A DNA stretch of 64,000 bases from Octopus sinensis (GCF_006345805.1 NC_043004.1:41540001-41604000), one strand, 5' to 3'; positions 1 to 13,246 are shown, counted from the stretch's first letter. Program-made: numbers and translations. Notes: generated by a model from the letters alone, not told the origin.

Positions 1-40
1 CAGCATGGCCGCAGTCAAATGACTGAAACAAGTAAAAGAA
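1..40 (+). mobile_element. SINE family A, 3' end only (window edge)
   Basis: cagcatggccgcagtcaaatgactgaaacaagtaaaag matches the 3' end of the full copy at 26359-26768. Confidence 0.85.
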
Positions 41-595
41 TATATATTGTATAGAGGGATGATATGACAAGTAGTCACCCATGTCAATGTAGTACCGAAG
101 GCTAAACTATTTTAGTCTATTACATTAAAAGTAGAGTGTGGTGTTGAATCGTAAGAAGGAGGCATTGAAAAAAGTGCTTGTAAAAGAAAATGGGGTGGCG
201 ATTGTTAAACAAGTTTGAGAAGCACTGGTCTTCAATTTGTTTGTGACAGCTGGACCAGGGATGTATTAGTTGACATGCAGTCAACTCTAGTAGGATGAAC
301 ACACAGTTGAAAGGCAAAGCTATTTAGACGAATGCATTTAATTCAGTGTTCTGCTGTCTACACAAATTCGGGTTTCGAGGAAATGCAGCGTGACGTTTTA
401 GAATTTTCCAATGTATTAACAGCTTTAGGGAAAATGAAGTTATTGCAGGTGATCGTTGAAAGTATCGGCTACCCGTGATCTTAACCGCTATTGTACCTCG
501 CCCTCTGCAGCCAGAAATATCGACCAATCCAATCCGATGAAATTGATATTGGAATTATGTTTTACGTAAGTCTAAACACTCAGATTACATTTTAA

Positions 596-913
596 TTTTT
601 TTTTTGCGCCCTTTTCAAGCCTAGCCAGGCTCATGGGCCCGTTTTCCCGGTTTCTGTGGCGTATGTGTCCCTCTCCCCGCCAGCTGGACGGGACGCCAGT
701 CCATCGCAGCGTTACTCAAGATACAGGAAGAAAGAGTGAGAGAAAGTTGTGGCGAAAGAGTACAACAGGGGTCGCCACCACCTCCTGCCGGAGCCTCGTG
801 GAGCTTTTAGGTGTTTTCGCTCAATAAACACACACAACGCCCGGTCTGGGAATCGAAACCGCGATCCTCATACCGCGAGTCCGCTGCCCTAAACACTGGG
901 CCATTACGCCTCC
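596..913 (-). mobile_element. tRNA-derived SINE family C, tail type 3, poly(A) end
   Basis: Minus strand: GGAGGCGTAATGGCCCAGTG (A box) ... GGTTTCGATTCCC (B box); body shared with 38517 and 32755; ends in an A-run. Confidence 0.85.
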
Positions 914-2030
914 ACTCAGATTACACAGAAGTGACAAAATGTTTCATAGATGTTGCGAACGGTTCAATCTGTGGGTCAAGACATAATTGTTGATTCAGTT
1001 GCTGGCCAAATATATACATCCGTACTATGGTGAACAGTAGTAGTTGTGAAAACTGATTTCTTTCGCCAAAGCAGACATTTTCATTATTGCAAAGGGCGGC
1101 AGAGGGTCAGAGATGAAACATAAAAAAGTCAGTGATTTTCTAATCATAAACATAATGATGCGTCGAGTTAGTTCTGGATATTACAACCCATTGCACAGTG
1201 CACGCCCCTCGATGCTATAAATAACACTTTTTGCAACTAGAGAAAATAATGTCAATTTAAACAGTCTTGATATCTGGCTTCTCGATTTATTTTATCCTTT
1301 CGACCCCAGCAGGATGTATTACAAAAGTAAGCCATGATGAGCTTTAATTTAGAATGTAAAGGGACATAATCAATACTGTATGGTATTTAATTCATTTTTC
1401 TATCGTTTCTGTTACTGTTCTAAAAATCAAATGGACTACATTTTCCTTGTGGAAAATATTCTAAATATCACAGCTTTTGCGTAATGATTTGTAATAATGT
1501 ACTACAGCGTTTGCATCAATTGATGTTATTATCACGGTTATAAATCTCTGCCTGTCATGTTTTTGTCGTGTTATTGTAATTAATGATCAAATATAAAAGT
1601 TTATACTGTCAGATAAAATAGTGCTTTTTATATTGATTTAAACCTCATTTACATTTAATTTAATCCATTAATTCATGTCAACTAAATGCACATAAAGCTT
1701 ACACTATTACGAGATTGGAGATTAATTATCATACAGATTTCCCATTAAGCCCACAATTTGGATCAAAAATAATTTGGCGTCATGTGTACTACTAAAACCA
1801 TTCATTTATATAGCTACCATTTGGTTTGAATTTTTCTCCCAAACGGCAAAACCTCTAGAATTTTCAAAAACAACCTAACCTCTACATCTTAATAAGGAGT
1901 CTCCCCAAAAGTCGTTATTAATATTACAAAGCTTCGCCTTTAGAAACACGCGACTAAGATATCGTTGTTGACAAACAACTGTGTAACAAAACGAATACGA
2001 ATAGACCTCGATAATGGTACATTGAGCTCT

Positions 2031-2448
2031 TTTCTCTTTTACTCTTTTACATGTTTCAGTCATGTTTGACTGCGGCCATGCTGGAGCACCGCCTTTAGTC
2101 GAGCAAATCGACCCCAGGACTTATTCTTTGTAAGCCTAGTACTTGTTCTATCGGTCTCTTTTGCCGAACCGCTAAGTTACGGGGACGTATACACACCAGC
2201 ATCGGTTGTCAAGCGATGTTGTGTGTGTGTGTGTGGGGGGGGGACAAACACAGACACACAAACACAAACACATACATTTATACACACATATCAGACGGAC
2301 TTCTTTCAGTTTCCGTCTACCGAATCCTTTCACAAGGCTTTGGTCGGCCCGAGGCTATAGTAGAAGACACTTGCCCAAGGTGCCACGCAGTGGGAATGAA
2401 CCCGGAACCATGAGTTTGGTAAGCAAGCTACATACTACACAGCCACAT
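2031..2448 (-). mobile_element. SINE family A, near full length
   Basis: Reverse complement of the 26359-26768 copy, including the (GT)n middle and AAAAGAGT tail repeats. Confidence 0.9.
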
Positions 2449-2925
2449 TTTAAAGCTTGTATGTGTGTCATGAGTGTATCTTTACAAACAGGAATCCTCT
2501 TCTCCATCTGCGGAACCTCGAATCGCACCATTGCGCTATAAACGGGGGAAAGGCATAATAGACAAAGTATTCGTAGATATACATAGAAACTAGGTTGCCT
2601 ACGCTGGGATATCTTCGGTCATGGGTCTACTTGATCGGAAGCTCACCTGGTTTTAAATAACGACAGTAGCAGCAGCAGGCAGTAACATCAGCAACCACAG
2701 CAGTAGTAGCAATAGTGGCAGCAGCCTGTAGTAGTAGCAGCAGCAGCAGTAATTTACGATCAAGCAAAATTGCCCATATGCGCATATGCGATAGCGTAAT
2801 TTGTTAGAAATAGCAGCTAAATCTCTCACAAATAACATTTTATTGTCTTAATAAAGTACTCATTGAATAACGTAGTCCTATATACGGTTTTGTTGTTGCT
2901 GTTGTTTCATCCTTTGGGACGAACA

Positions 2926-3230
2926 GTTGTTTGTTCCTTCTCGAGCCATGCCTGGCTCATAAGGGCCGGTTTCCCGGTTTCCTTGCGTATAGGTTCACCA
3001 CCTGGACGGGACGCCGGTCCGTCGCAGGTGAGCTGCAAGATGCAGGAGGAAAGAGTGAGAGAAAGTTGTGGCGAAAGAGTCAGCAGAAGTTTCGCCATTA
3101 CCTTCTGCCGGAGCCGCGTGGAGCGTAGGTGTTTCGCTCATAAACATACACATCGCCCGGTCTGAGATCCGAACCTGCGATCCCTCGACCGCGAGTCTGC
3201 TGCTCTAACCACTAGGCCATGTGCCTCCAC
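2926..3230 (-). mobile_element. SINE family C-related subfamily, tail type 3 variant
   Basis: Head GGAGGCACATGGCCTAGTGGTTAGAGCAGC...GGTTCGGATCTC; shared body CTTTCTCTCACTCTTTC; tail CTGCGACGGACCGGCGTCCCGTCCAG...GAAACCGGGAAACCGG. Confidence 0.8.
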
Positions 3231-3699
3231 CCTATATATGATATTGTCGGGGAAAAGATAGGTCAGTCATGACGGAAACAACTTTGATCATAGTTGCTGG
3301 ATCAAGGCTGATCTGGTATTAAGCAACAACTACAACAATACGATATATTGTGTTGGCTAGGGATAGGAAATATTTAATTGGTGTATTGCAAATTATCATT
3401 CTCTCAGGCTGTATCCACATTGTATTATTGCAGCTAGTCAAACACATCTCTAGCGGCAGCCACTAGGCACCAGTTAACGTGTCAATAAGGGCCTGTACAC
3501 AGTCGCATGCTTCTAAGAAGTGACAGCTAAACTCCTTGGAGTTGTACCTTTCCGTCATACCTCTCATGAAAGAGGATACTTTGGTTAATCTAGTTCTTTA
3601 TTCACTATACCCGAGAAAAATGATCGAATGGACATGGTTGGAACGTGTTTGTTCGTATATCTACTTAACCCAAACTGATCTCCAGGCTAAACAGCAACA

Positions 3700-3962
3700 C
3701 AACAACAACAAATGCTTAGTAAGGTATCGTATGACACCAGCACCAGCACCAGCACCACCAGTCCGGCACTAGTCGCCATGATAGATCGTTAGCCACTACA
3801 CACATTTATTCCTCTCCTTGTTTTTTCTGTGCCCCTTTCTGTAGAAGAGCTTAGGCTCGAAACGTAAAAGACTTTTTCTATTCCTGAGCGTTATACTAAT
3901 ACATCTGTTTGTTTTGTATACCACCTGTCTTCGTCTTTTGTTTTTTTCGTAAACTCTCCCCA
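3700..3962 (+). mobile_element. Short Penelope-like terminal-repeat (pLTR-type) element carrying a minimal hammerhead motif
   Basis: GAAGAGCTTAGGCTCGAAACGTA and downstream TTCCTGAGCGT are shared with the 35750-35952 element; boundaries approximate. Confidence 0.5.
3835..3870 (+). ncRNA. Minimal type I hammerhead ribozyme-like motif, core CUGUAGA
   Basis: Stem I CTTT/AAAG; core CTGTAGA-A; stem II GAGC/GCTC; GAAA; palindromic ACGT stem III; GUA triplet. A6 is U, which is non-canonical. Confidence 0.55.
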
Positions 3963-4389
3963 TCGTATGACAATATTGTCGTCCGACTCATTCTTTTTAA
4001 AGAGATGAATACTACTTTTATTTATATGAAGACTGAATCACAATTTAATTGCAAGGAAACAAAGAAAAACAAAAACAAAAAAATAGGCAAAAGGGGTTAA
4101 GTTCCAGAGGGTGGTGGTGGTGGTGGGATACAAAGCGTAATTGAAACTATGGAGCAATATTTACTGTTAAGAGATTCATTCCTCGTTTGTGTCCACTTGC
4201 TTTGCCGTTAAATGTATTATTGCCGGCCACAAAATGATAAGTTTACGAGAGAAGAGCGTGTGAAAGATTGCTTCAGTAATCTGAGTCATATAAAATGTAA
4301 TAGTCACATGTAATGAGAACGGAATATCAGACATGGTTCATTTGAGAACTTCTATTTCATGTCGCTCGTCTACTCATGTTTTATGGAAC

Positions 4390-4412
4390 AACAACTACTC
4401 CTACTACTACTC

Positions 4413-4451
<39 letters not shown>

Positions 4452-4556
4452 TCACCACCACCACCACCACCACCACCACTACTACTACCACCACCACCAC
4501 TACTACAACTACTACTACTACCGCCACCACTACCACCACTACCACCACCACCACCA

Positions 4557-4596
<40 letters not shown>

Positions 4597-4605
4597 CACC
4601 ACCAT

Positions 4606-4638
<33 letters not shown>

Positions 4639-4665
4639 CTACTACTACTACTACTACTACCCTGC
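4390..4665. repeat. Compound (CTA)n/(CAC)n trinucleotide microsatellite
   Basis: Direct reading; source of the poly-T/H/Y/L ORFs. Confidence 0.95.
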
Positions 4666-5434
4666 TGCAGCTCCACCTACTACTTTATTGCTGCTCCTCC
4701 TTCGTTACAATTGCTTCTGCATGCTCCTCCACCTCCTCCTTTCCTTCCTCTTTGTTGTTGTTGTCGTTATTCTTGTTCTTGTTCTTTCATTTTGTTTTCT
4801 TTCTTTTGATATATCTACTTAAATTCTTTCCTTCTAGAATCGATTGATTCCACACCTTAAGAAAACGTTCTCTGCCACTCACCAACAGCCTATATGCGTC
4901 GTCCATTTGCTCTCCTTATCGGCGTGAAGATCAACAACTTCACTATAATCCAAGCTAGACACTTAGTAGTTCTTTGTGGGGCGAAGTTGTTATATATATA
5001 TATTTTCGTCAGGATCCGACAAAATAAGACATTTTGGCGTTATTTATATGATTCAAAAGAGTAGTCAATGTTATATATTTCGTATCTTCCATGTCCGCTA
5101 AATGAAAACGCCAATTATTGACAACATTTTAAACTTAGTATCAACAAAATATTTATATACATTTCACTTATTTACTAACATATTTGCTATCTTGAATTTT
5201 CATGTTTTTTTTTGTAATTTTTTGTAATAAATATTTTTTTTTTATAATACCAGTTTTAAAAGTGTTTTTCTCGTGAAGAAATTCTTGCTCTACTTATATT
5301 TTGTTAAATAGAAATCGCACCGATGGTAAATATTTATTTAATAAAAATATAAAATATAAAATATCTGGATATTGTTTTTGTGCATTTTATATTTCTGTGT
5401 AAAAGTTTGAGTGAGAGTTTATCTTTATCTCTGA

Positions 5435-5492
5435 ATACATACATACATACATACATACATACATACATACATACATACATACATACATACAT

Positions 5493-5523
<31 letters not shown>

Positions 5524-5561
5524 TATACATACATACATACATACATACATACATACATACA

Positions 5562-5595
<34 letters not shown>

Positions 5596-5610
5596 CATAC
5601 ATACATACAT
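5435..5610. repeat. (TACA)n microsatellite
   Basis: Direct reading. Confidence 0.95.
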
Positions 5611-6634
5611 ATATGTATGTATGTTTATATGTATCTATGTATGACGTATGAATATGTATATATGCATTTGTAGTTTGATATTAAAACATATCAAATATAA
5701 ATAAAATGCTAATATTGATTTTAATAAAATTTGAAGCTGATACTCTCGTTGAAAAATCAATAAAGAACTTCATTTTTCATACGGCTTCATTTGCATAAAT
5801 TCCATCATCTTCTATTTTAAATGTTTTGATTTATAAATATATTTCCTTGTATGTTTTATTTTTTGGTGTATGTGTGTGTGGGGTCCAACTTTTATTCTTT
5901 TGTTTTAATTTACTTGTATAGTAATATTTCTTTCTTTTTTTTCTCTTCTGAAGCACTAACGGCAAATTTATTTTGTATGTTATTACATATCAGGAAAGTG
6001 TAATATAAGACGTAAAAATGTAACATATTTAAAACAAAATATATCTCGTTAGTTATTTTAAACAGACAGCAACAAAAATCAAAGATAATAATAATAACAA
6101 CAACATCATCAACAACAACAACAACAACAACAATAATAATAATGGAAGTGTGTAGCCATAGAAACAGTTTGACAACTTGCGAAGTAAAGCCAAACTTTTT
6201 TTTAGAAATTATATTATTTTTATTTTTTTAAAATCTGTTTGTTTTCAAAGAAGGAAAGCAATTGGAAAGAAAATATAACTAAAACAAGGAATAATAATGA
6301 TAACAGGTGAATTACTTTCCAAGTATATTTTAATCAAATATTTTCTCCTTTCTAAGTGAATGGCTTTTTTTTTCCTATTTTGTTTTCGCTTTAGCTACTT
6401 TTTTTCCCCTTTCTCGCCGCCAAACATCTTAATATGTATATAAATCAAGTGTACTACTTTCTTGAATAAAGCCTATAATTTTCTAACGGAAATTGCATGA
6501 AAATTCCTCATGTTTAAAGATTTTCTTATAAGCTTTTTTTCTTTTAAAAAACAAGATAAATATTTATATGCGCGCGGGCGTGTGTGTGGCGTGCATGTGA
6601 GAGAAAGAGAGAGAAAGAAAGAAAATGAGTAAGA

Positions 6635-6683
<49 letters not shown>

Positions 6684-6772
6684 GGTGTGTGTTTGTATGT
6701 ATTATTGTGTGGGTGTCTGTCTACCTAGGTGTCACTATATGTGTGTTGTGTGTGTTTGCTTTGAACGCAAAT

Positions 6773-7100
6773 ATAGCTGAGTGGTCAAGGAATTCGGCTC
6801 AGATTGCAATCACGAGATCCTGGTTTTAGTTTCAATTCCGTTGTATGACATCGTGATTCACTGTCTTTTAGCTTAGCCTCAAGTCAAGCTGTGAAGAAAC
6901 CTGTCAAGTGGACTCTAGCTGTAATCAATGGGCCAGTCCTATTACAACAACAGGTTAGCCATGTCACACAAAGATCCGGCTATATCACATTTATAGAGCA
7001 CATAGATTACATTTAAGATACGGATGTCTGTTGAATATTCAGTCACTTGGGGTGTAATTCAACGAATACATAGCTTTGTTGATCAGAGAACTGAATACTT
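6773..7100 (+). mobile_element. Old diverged tRNA-derived SINE; tail related to the 38517 copy
   Basis: TAGCTGAGTGGTCAAG A-box-like and GTTTCAATTCC B-box-like motifs; degenerate similarity to the 38730-38870 tail. Confidence 0.45.
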
Positions 7101-7194
7101 ATCTGCGAAACTGATGACGGATCCATTTATTCGTATTTGCGTATGTGCGTGTGTTTGTGACGAGTGTCGATATGTCTAAATGTCTTTTTTGTGG

Positions 7195-7279
7195 TTGTAT
7201 ATATATACATACATATATATATATACATACATATATATATATACATACATATACATATACATATTATACATATATTAAT

Positions 7280-7351
<72 letters not shown>

Positions 7352-7587
7352 CATACATACATACATACATATATATATATATAATATATATACATACATA
7401 CATGTATATATACATACATACATACACACACATATATATATACATACATACATGCATACACATATATATATACATATACATATATACATATACTTATATA
7501 TATATATATATATATACATGCATACATGCATAAATATATATATATAATATACATACATATACATACATACATACATATGCACACACA

Positions 7588-7680
<93 letters not shown>
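7195..7680. repeat. Compound (TA)n/(TACA)n/(CA)n microsatellite
   Basis: Direct reading. Confidence 0.95.
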
Positions 7681-7682
<2 letters not shown>

Positions 7683-8233
7683 CTGTAGACATATTGGATG
7701 AGTGTTTCACACAAAAGTTCGAAGGTGCCGTTTTAAATGAACAGTATTTAAACAAAGTCGTTGGAACTTTACAGAAGAAATTTCCCGTCGTCTTAAACAG
7801 ATTAGAGATATAAAGTTCTCACTTCATAATGAAACAGTCAATTGCAATAGAAAGTCTAGGAACTTGGAGGTTAAATTAAATACAATTGACGTAAATTGAT
7901 GCATGTAAAATTAAATGTCGTTCAGAGTGTGATGTAAGAAAAACACTTATGCAGTCTCTAAATGTCGACAGTTAATCACGATCTCACACATGCCTGGTAC
8001 TATGCCCGATCAAAATCCCAGCAAAAATTTACTAACAAGGAATGTTGAGGTGACCCTCGAGTAGAGAACATGTCTATACATTTGAAAATATATTCATATT
8101 CATATTCAGTGATATTTAACACACTTGAGTACACTCGGACCTAATAAGATAAGACCTGCGCTGCAGAAATGATACCCCACCAAATTTTTCCACCTAGATG
8201 ACATGTGTGAAAACACATCAACAAATGTGCTCG

Positions 8234-8651
8234 TTTACTCTTTTACTCTTTTACTTGTTTCAGTCATTTGACTGTGGCCATGCTGGAGCATCGCCTTTAG
8301 TCGAGCAAATCGACCCCAGGACTTATTCTTTGTAAGCCTAGTACTTATGCTATCGGCCTCTTTTGCCGAACCGATAAGATACGGGGACGTAAACACACCA
8401 GCATCGGTTGTCAAGCGATGTTGGGGGCACAAACACAGACACACAAACATATACACAAACACACATATATGTACATATATACATATATACGACGGGTTTC
8501 TTTCAGTTTCCGTTTACCAAATCCACTCACAAGGCTTTGGTCGACCCGAGGCTATAGTAGAAAACACTTGCCCAAGTGCCACGCAGTGGGACTGAACCCA
8601 GAACCATGTGGTTGGTAAGCAAGCTACATACCACGCAGCCGCTCCTGCGCC
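8234..8651 (-). mobile_element. SINE family A, full length
   Basis: Ends in CAGCCGCTCCTGCGCC, the reverse complement of the head; AAAAGAGT tail. Confidence 0.9.
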
Positions 8652-8682
8652 TATGATGAGAGAAAAGATTTAGTGGCTAAAA

Positions 8683-8840
8683 CCCGATGGGCATCTTTCA
8701 GCTTCCATCGACTAAATCTATTCACAAGGCTTTACTTTGTTCAGAAACATAGTAGAAAACACAGACCCAAGTTGCCCGAAGTGGGACTGAACCCGGAACC
8801 ACGTATGGCTGTGAAGCACACTTTTTACCACACAGCCACC
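8683..8840 (-). mobile_element. SINE family A head, diverged
   Basis: GGGACTGAACCCGG B-box complement and CCACACAGCCAC A-box complement. Confidence 0.7.
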
Positions 8841-9286
8841 TATAGTTACCGTGCTGTACACTGTTCATTTATAAGAACGAATTCATTCATATCGGGCTGT
8901 GAATGACAGATTTAGTGTTCGTAGCTTTGGTGTTTGATGCGAAAGAACGTAGAAACACATGAGTCCTACGATCCAATGACAACTTTCACAGCCCTATGTG
9001 ATTTCAAATAGGTCGTCAAAGAGACGAATTTTCTTCCGCGGATATTTCTGCGACGAACGTTTCACCTCGTCTGAATGTCCTCAAGCGTGTTCAAAATGAC
9101 TGTACACGACTATTTCAAAATGATTTTGGTTATTATTACTTAGTCCTTGTTTTATCATAGTCCATATTGAGCAGTGCTACGATGAATGAAAGACTTAATA
9201 TTATATATATATATAAATATGCACACAGACACAAGTACAAACATAAATACACACACACATATATATATGTATCTATATATATAGAT

Positions 9287-9318
<32 letters not shown>

Positions 9319-9510
9319 TATATATATATATATATATATAACCTATATATGTGTGTGTGTGGTGTATTTATGTTTGTACTTGTGTCTGTGGCATATTTAT
9401 ATATATATAATAATATTAATTAGAGACAAAAACCACTATTATGCAAATCAAACATAAAAATTTTATATAAATTAAATATAATTAAGAAGCCTGTCATATA
9501 TATATATATA

Positions 9511-9551
<41 letters not shown>

Positions 9552-10179
9552 CAGGCTTATTTCAGTTTTCGTCTACCAAATCCACTCACAAGGTTGGACA
9601 AAATTAAAAAAAACAAAAAACAACAACATAGCATCCATGACTTTTGGAAACAATTTTTCATGCTCAGAATTACTGGAGCGTGGAATAAGCTACTTGCATC
9701 GGTTGTTAGCTGTTGAGACACTACATCCTTCAAAACTTCCATGTTTCCTGAAATTCGCCAACAGTACCTGATGTCCTGTACCTTTACTTTTTGTCTAGTT
9801 GTAGCGTACCTGACAACCGTAAACAAGTTCATTATATAGATATAAATAAAATAATGTAAACAGAATGTGAAACTAAAAATTGCATAAATAATGACGTAGA
9901 AAAAAAAATGTCATAGCTTGCAAATTTATGAAGGTTACGAAAGATGTGTTGGGTGTTGCCATGGTTGCAGAAGACGCAATAATTGTGAATGCTGGGTTGG
10001 ATCAAGAATCTTAAAGAGGATATAAGATAAAATGATTTGGCTGAAAAACTGACAACAATTGAAAAGTCATAATGGATCAAATCAATGTCATTTTCTGCTG
10101 AACTTTATTGCTTACTCACGCACAAGACATACACATACACATAAATATACATTTACATTCACCCACACACACACACAGT

Positions 10180-10210
<31 letters not shown>

Positions 10211-10325
10211 TATATAAAATAAATATATATATATGTATATATGTATATATATACATATATATACATACTTATATATATATATATGTATATAGATATATAT
10301 ATATATGTATATATATATACATAAT

Positions 10326-10366
<41 letters not shown>

Positions 10367-10410
10367 AAGATATATATATATACACACACAAATACATATA
10401 TATATATATT

Positions 10411-10857
10411 GAGAGACGCTGGAGTGGCTGTGTGGTAAGAAGTTTGCTTCCAAACTACATGGTTCCGGGTTCAATTCCACTGCGTGACACTTTGGGTGAG
10501 TATCTTCTACTATAGCCTCGGGCTGTCCAAAGCCTTGTGAGTGGATTTGGTAGACGGAAACTGAAAGAAGCCCGTCGTATATATATAGATATATATATAT
10601 ACATATATATATATGTGTGTGTATTTATGTTTGTACTTGTGTCTGTGTACATATTTGTGCATGTGTGTATTTGTGTTTGTTTGTCCCCACCGTTATTGGT
10701 GTGCTTACGTCCCCGTAACTTAGCAGTTCGGCAATAGTGATCGACAGAATAGGTACTAGGCTTAGAAAGAATAAGTTGATTTGTTCGAATAAAGTCGGTG
10801 CTCCAGCATGGCCGCTGTTAAGTGACTGAAAGAAGTGAAGCAATAAAAGAATAAAGA

Positions 10858-10859
<2 letters not shown>
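10411..10859 (+). mobile_element. SINE family A, full length
   Basis: TGGCTGTGTGG A box, GGTTCAATTCC B box, family body and tail. Confidence 0.88.
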
Positions 10860-10888
<29 letters not shown>

Positions 10889-10915
10889 TGTACGTACGTA
10901 CGTATGTATGTAATG

Positions 10916-10949
<34 letters not shown>

Positions 10950-11166
10950 TGTATGGATGTATGTATGTATGTATGTATGAATGTATGTATGCATGCATGC
11001 ATACATGCATACAATTTTTAGGCTTAATTTGCTATATCTTCGGCCTAATTTCCCAATTTGGGCTAAATCTTAGACCTAATTACCTAATTGGCCTAAATTT
11101 TAGGCCTAATTACTTAATTGGCTAAATTTTAAATTGGCTAAGTATTTAGCAAATTAATATTAAGAA

Positions 11167-12050
11167 CCACAATTAGTACAAACCTTAAAGAAGTCAACTT
11201 CCTCAACATTAACATGAAGCTTAACACAGGAAAATTTAAACCCTACCACAAACAAAATGAGGAAGCCTCGTACATAGATATAGGTTCCAACCACCCACCA
11301 GCAGCCCGCCTGCTAATAGTTAACAACATTAGCAGGCGGGTTTCTAATTTCTCCCTCGACAAAGACACTTTTGAAAAAGCCGTTCCATATTTTAATGCTG
11401 CATTAGAAAAGTCCAACTTCAAGAATAGTAAATATTTATAGAACAAGAAGACGAAGGCAGAGGAAAATTTTATGGTTCAACCTACCTTACAACATGAATG
11501 TAGCTACTAACATAGCTATAAAATTCCCTATTCACACAAATACCACTAGATCTTCAACAGAAACACTGTTAAAATTACTTATAGTTGCCTCCCAATATAG
11601 AGTCAATAACACTTAATCACAATAAACATAAACCGCAGAAACAACCCAGAAAGACAATGCAACTTCAAATCCCCAAACCACTGCCCTTTAAGCAACAACA
11701 GTCTCGAGAAATAACTCGTATTCAAGGCCAAGATCACGAACCCCAATGGAATAGCAAAGACGTATATTGGAATGACGGGCAACTCGTTCAAGGAAAGGTA
11801 TACACAACATCTTGCATCATTCAGAGACAAAAACAAAAAGCATATGACATCCCTATCAAATATGATATGGACATTGAAAGAAGATGGAATAAGCAACCCC
11901 CAGATAGAATTATTGTAAAGCCCCAAAATACAAAGGACGGGGTACCTAATGTGAACTCTGTATTACTGAAAAAGTAAGCACTATACAATCAACAGATAAT
12001 AAACATTATGGATGAAACCTTCTCTTCCTGCATATAAAGCAATATTTTGC
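11167..12050 (+). mobile_element. Penelope-like retroelement 3' fragment (RT thumb, linker, GIY-YIG endonuclease), frameshifted
   Basis: Translates across frames as KEVNFLNINMKLNTGKFKPYHK, SNHPP, RKILWFNLPYNMNVATNI, IFNRNTVKITYSCLPNI and LVFKAKI...TYIGMTGNSFKERYTQHLASFR. These are hallmark PLE motifs. Confidence 0.85.
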
Positions 12051-12502
12051 ACTCAAATATTTCAAAGAAGACCCCCCTTTAAATGAGGGTAACCCTATCA
12101 GGATAGCCCCTTTCTTAAACGTGAACACACATAGCACACTAACTTCACACAAAGAAGATATATGCCCCAATGACGAACTACCTCGACACACATGTAGAAG
12201 ACCACTATGCTCAGAACAAAAGCAAATAATGCAAAATAATTAACCACAAAAGAAAGAAAAAAAATTACCCAAAAGACAAATCCAAGGGAGGCAAACACCC
12301 AAAAGATGTCCCTTAATTCATAGATTCATTGTTTTATTTACGCGAATTTACGAGAAATCCCTTGAACGAAGCGTGACTGTTTTCCAAAATGGAGGCGATT
12401 ACCTTTCACCATATGATCGGCTTGAGAAATTGTTAAGACACTAGGATATTTTCCTACTTCTCTTAACATGAAACCGATGGTAGCCTCAATTTATAAATAA
12501 AG

Positions 12503-12569
<67 letters not shown>

Positions 12570-12573
12570 ACAT

Positions 12574-12988
12574 ATAGGGTGTCCTTAAACTGGCTTGATA
12601 ATTTGAAAAGTTAAAAAAATATGGATAACTCGACTGAGTTTATTGGAAAACAAGAAAAAAACAAAAAAAAAAAACAAAGCCTTATTAGAAATAGCTGAAG
12701 ACTTCCACATGGGCTTCCTTGGTTGCACGCAACCTGCTTGAATTATTCTGATTCCAGACCGTTGAACGTTCTGGTGCAAGCACTGCTGATAACCTGCAGC
12801 AATAGAATCGCAAATATCAAGAAACATTGCGTTTGGATTTTGAGCGCATTTTTGTTCAACTCGTTTATGTTGCTAGTTTATACCGTAAACTTTACCATGT
12901 AAGCATCCCCATAAAAAATCTAGTGGTGTGAGGTCCGGTGAACGTGGAGGATATTCTACTGACTCTCTTCATCCAAATCCACCTGTTG

Positions 12989-12990
<2 letters not shown>
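12574..12990 (-). mobile_element. Tc1/mariner-superfamily transposon 3' end (decayed transposase C-terminus and right TIR)
   Basis: Minus-strand EYPPRSPDLTPLDFLWGCLHGKVY and MFLDICDSIAAGYQQCLHQN; terminus TATAGGGTGTCC at 12574. Confidence 0.75.
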
Positions 12991-13040
<50 letters not shown>

Positions 13041-13041
<1 letters not shown>

Positions 13042-13202
13042 CGACGGACTTCTTTTCAGTTTCTGTCGACCAAATCCACTCACAAGGCTTTGGTCGGCCC
13101 GTGGTTGCAGTAGAAGGCACTAGTCCAAGGTGCTACGTAGTGGGACTGAAACCAGAACCATGTGGTTGAGAAGCAAGCTTCTTACCACACAATCATGCCT
13201 GC
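13041..13202 (-). mobile_element. SINE family A head
   Basis: Similarity to the family A head. Confidence 0.8.
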
Positions 13203-13214
13203 ATACCTACATAA

Positions 13215-13246
<32 letters not shown>

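Noticed and set aside
4333-4847. Long poly-Thr/His/Tyr/Leu ORFs, and similar YI/CV/IYLS ORFs throughout the track
   Set aside because: They are translations of microsatellites that are open in several frames at once; no coding signal.
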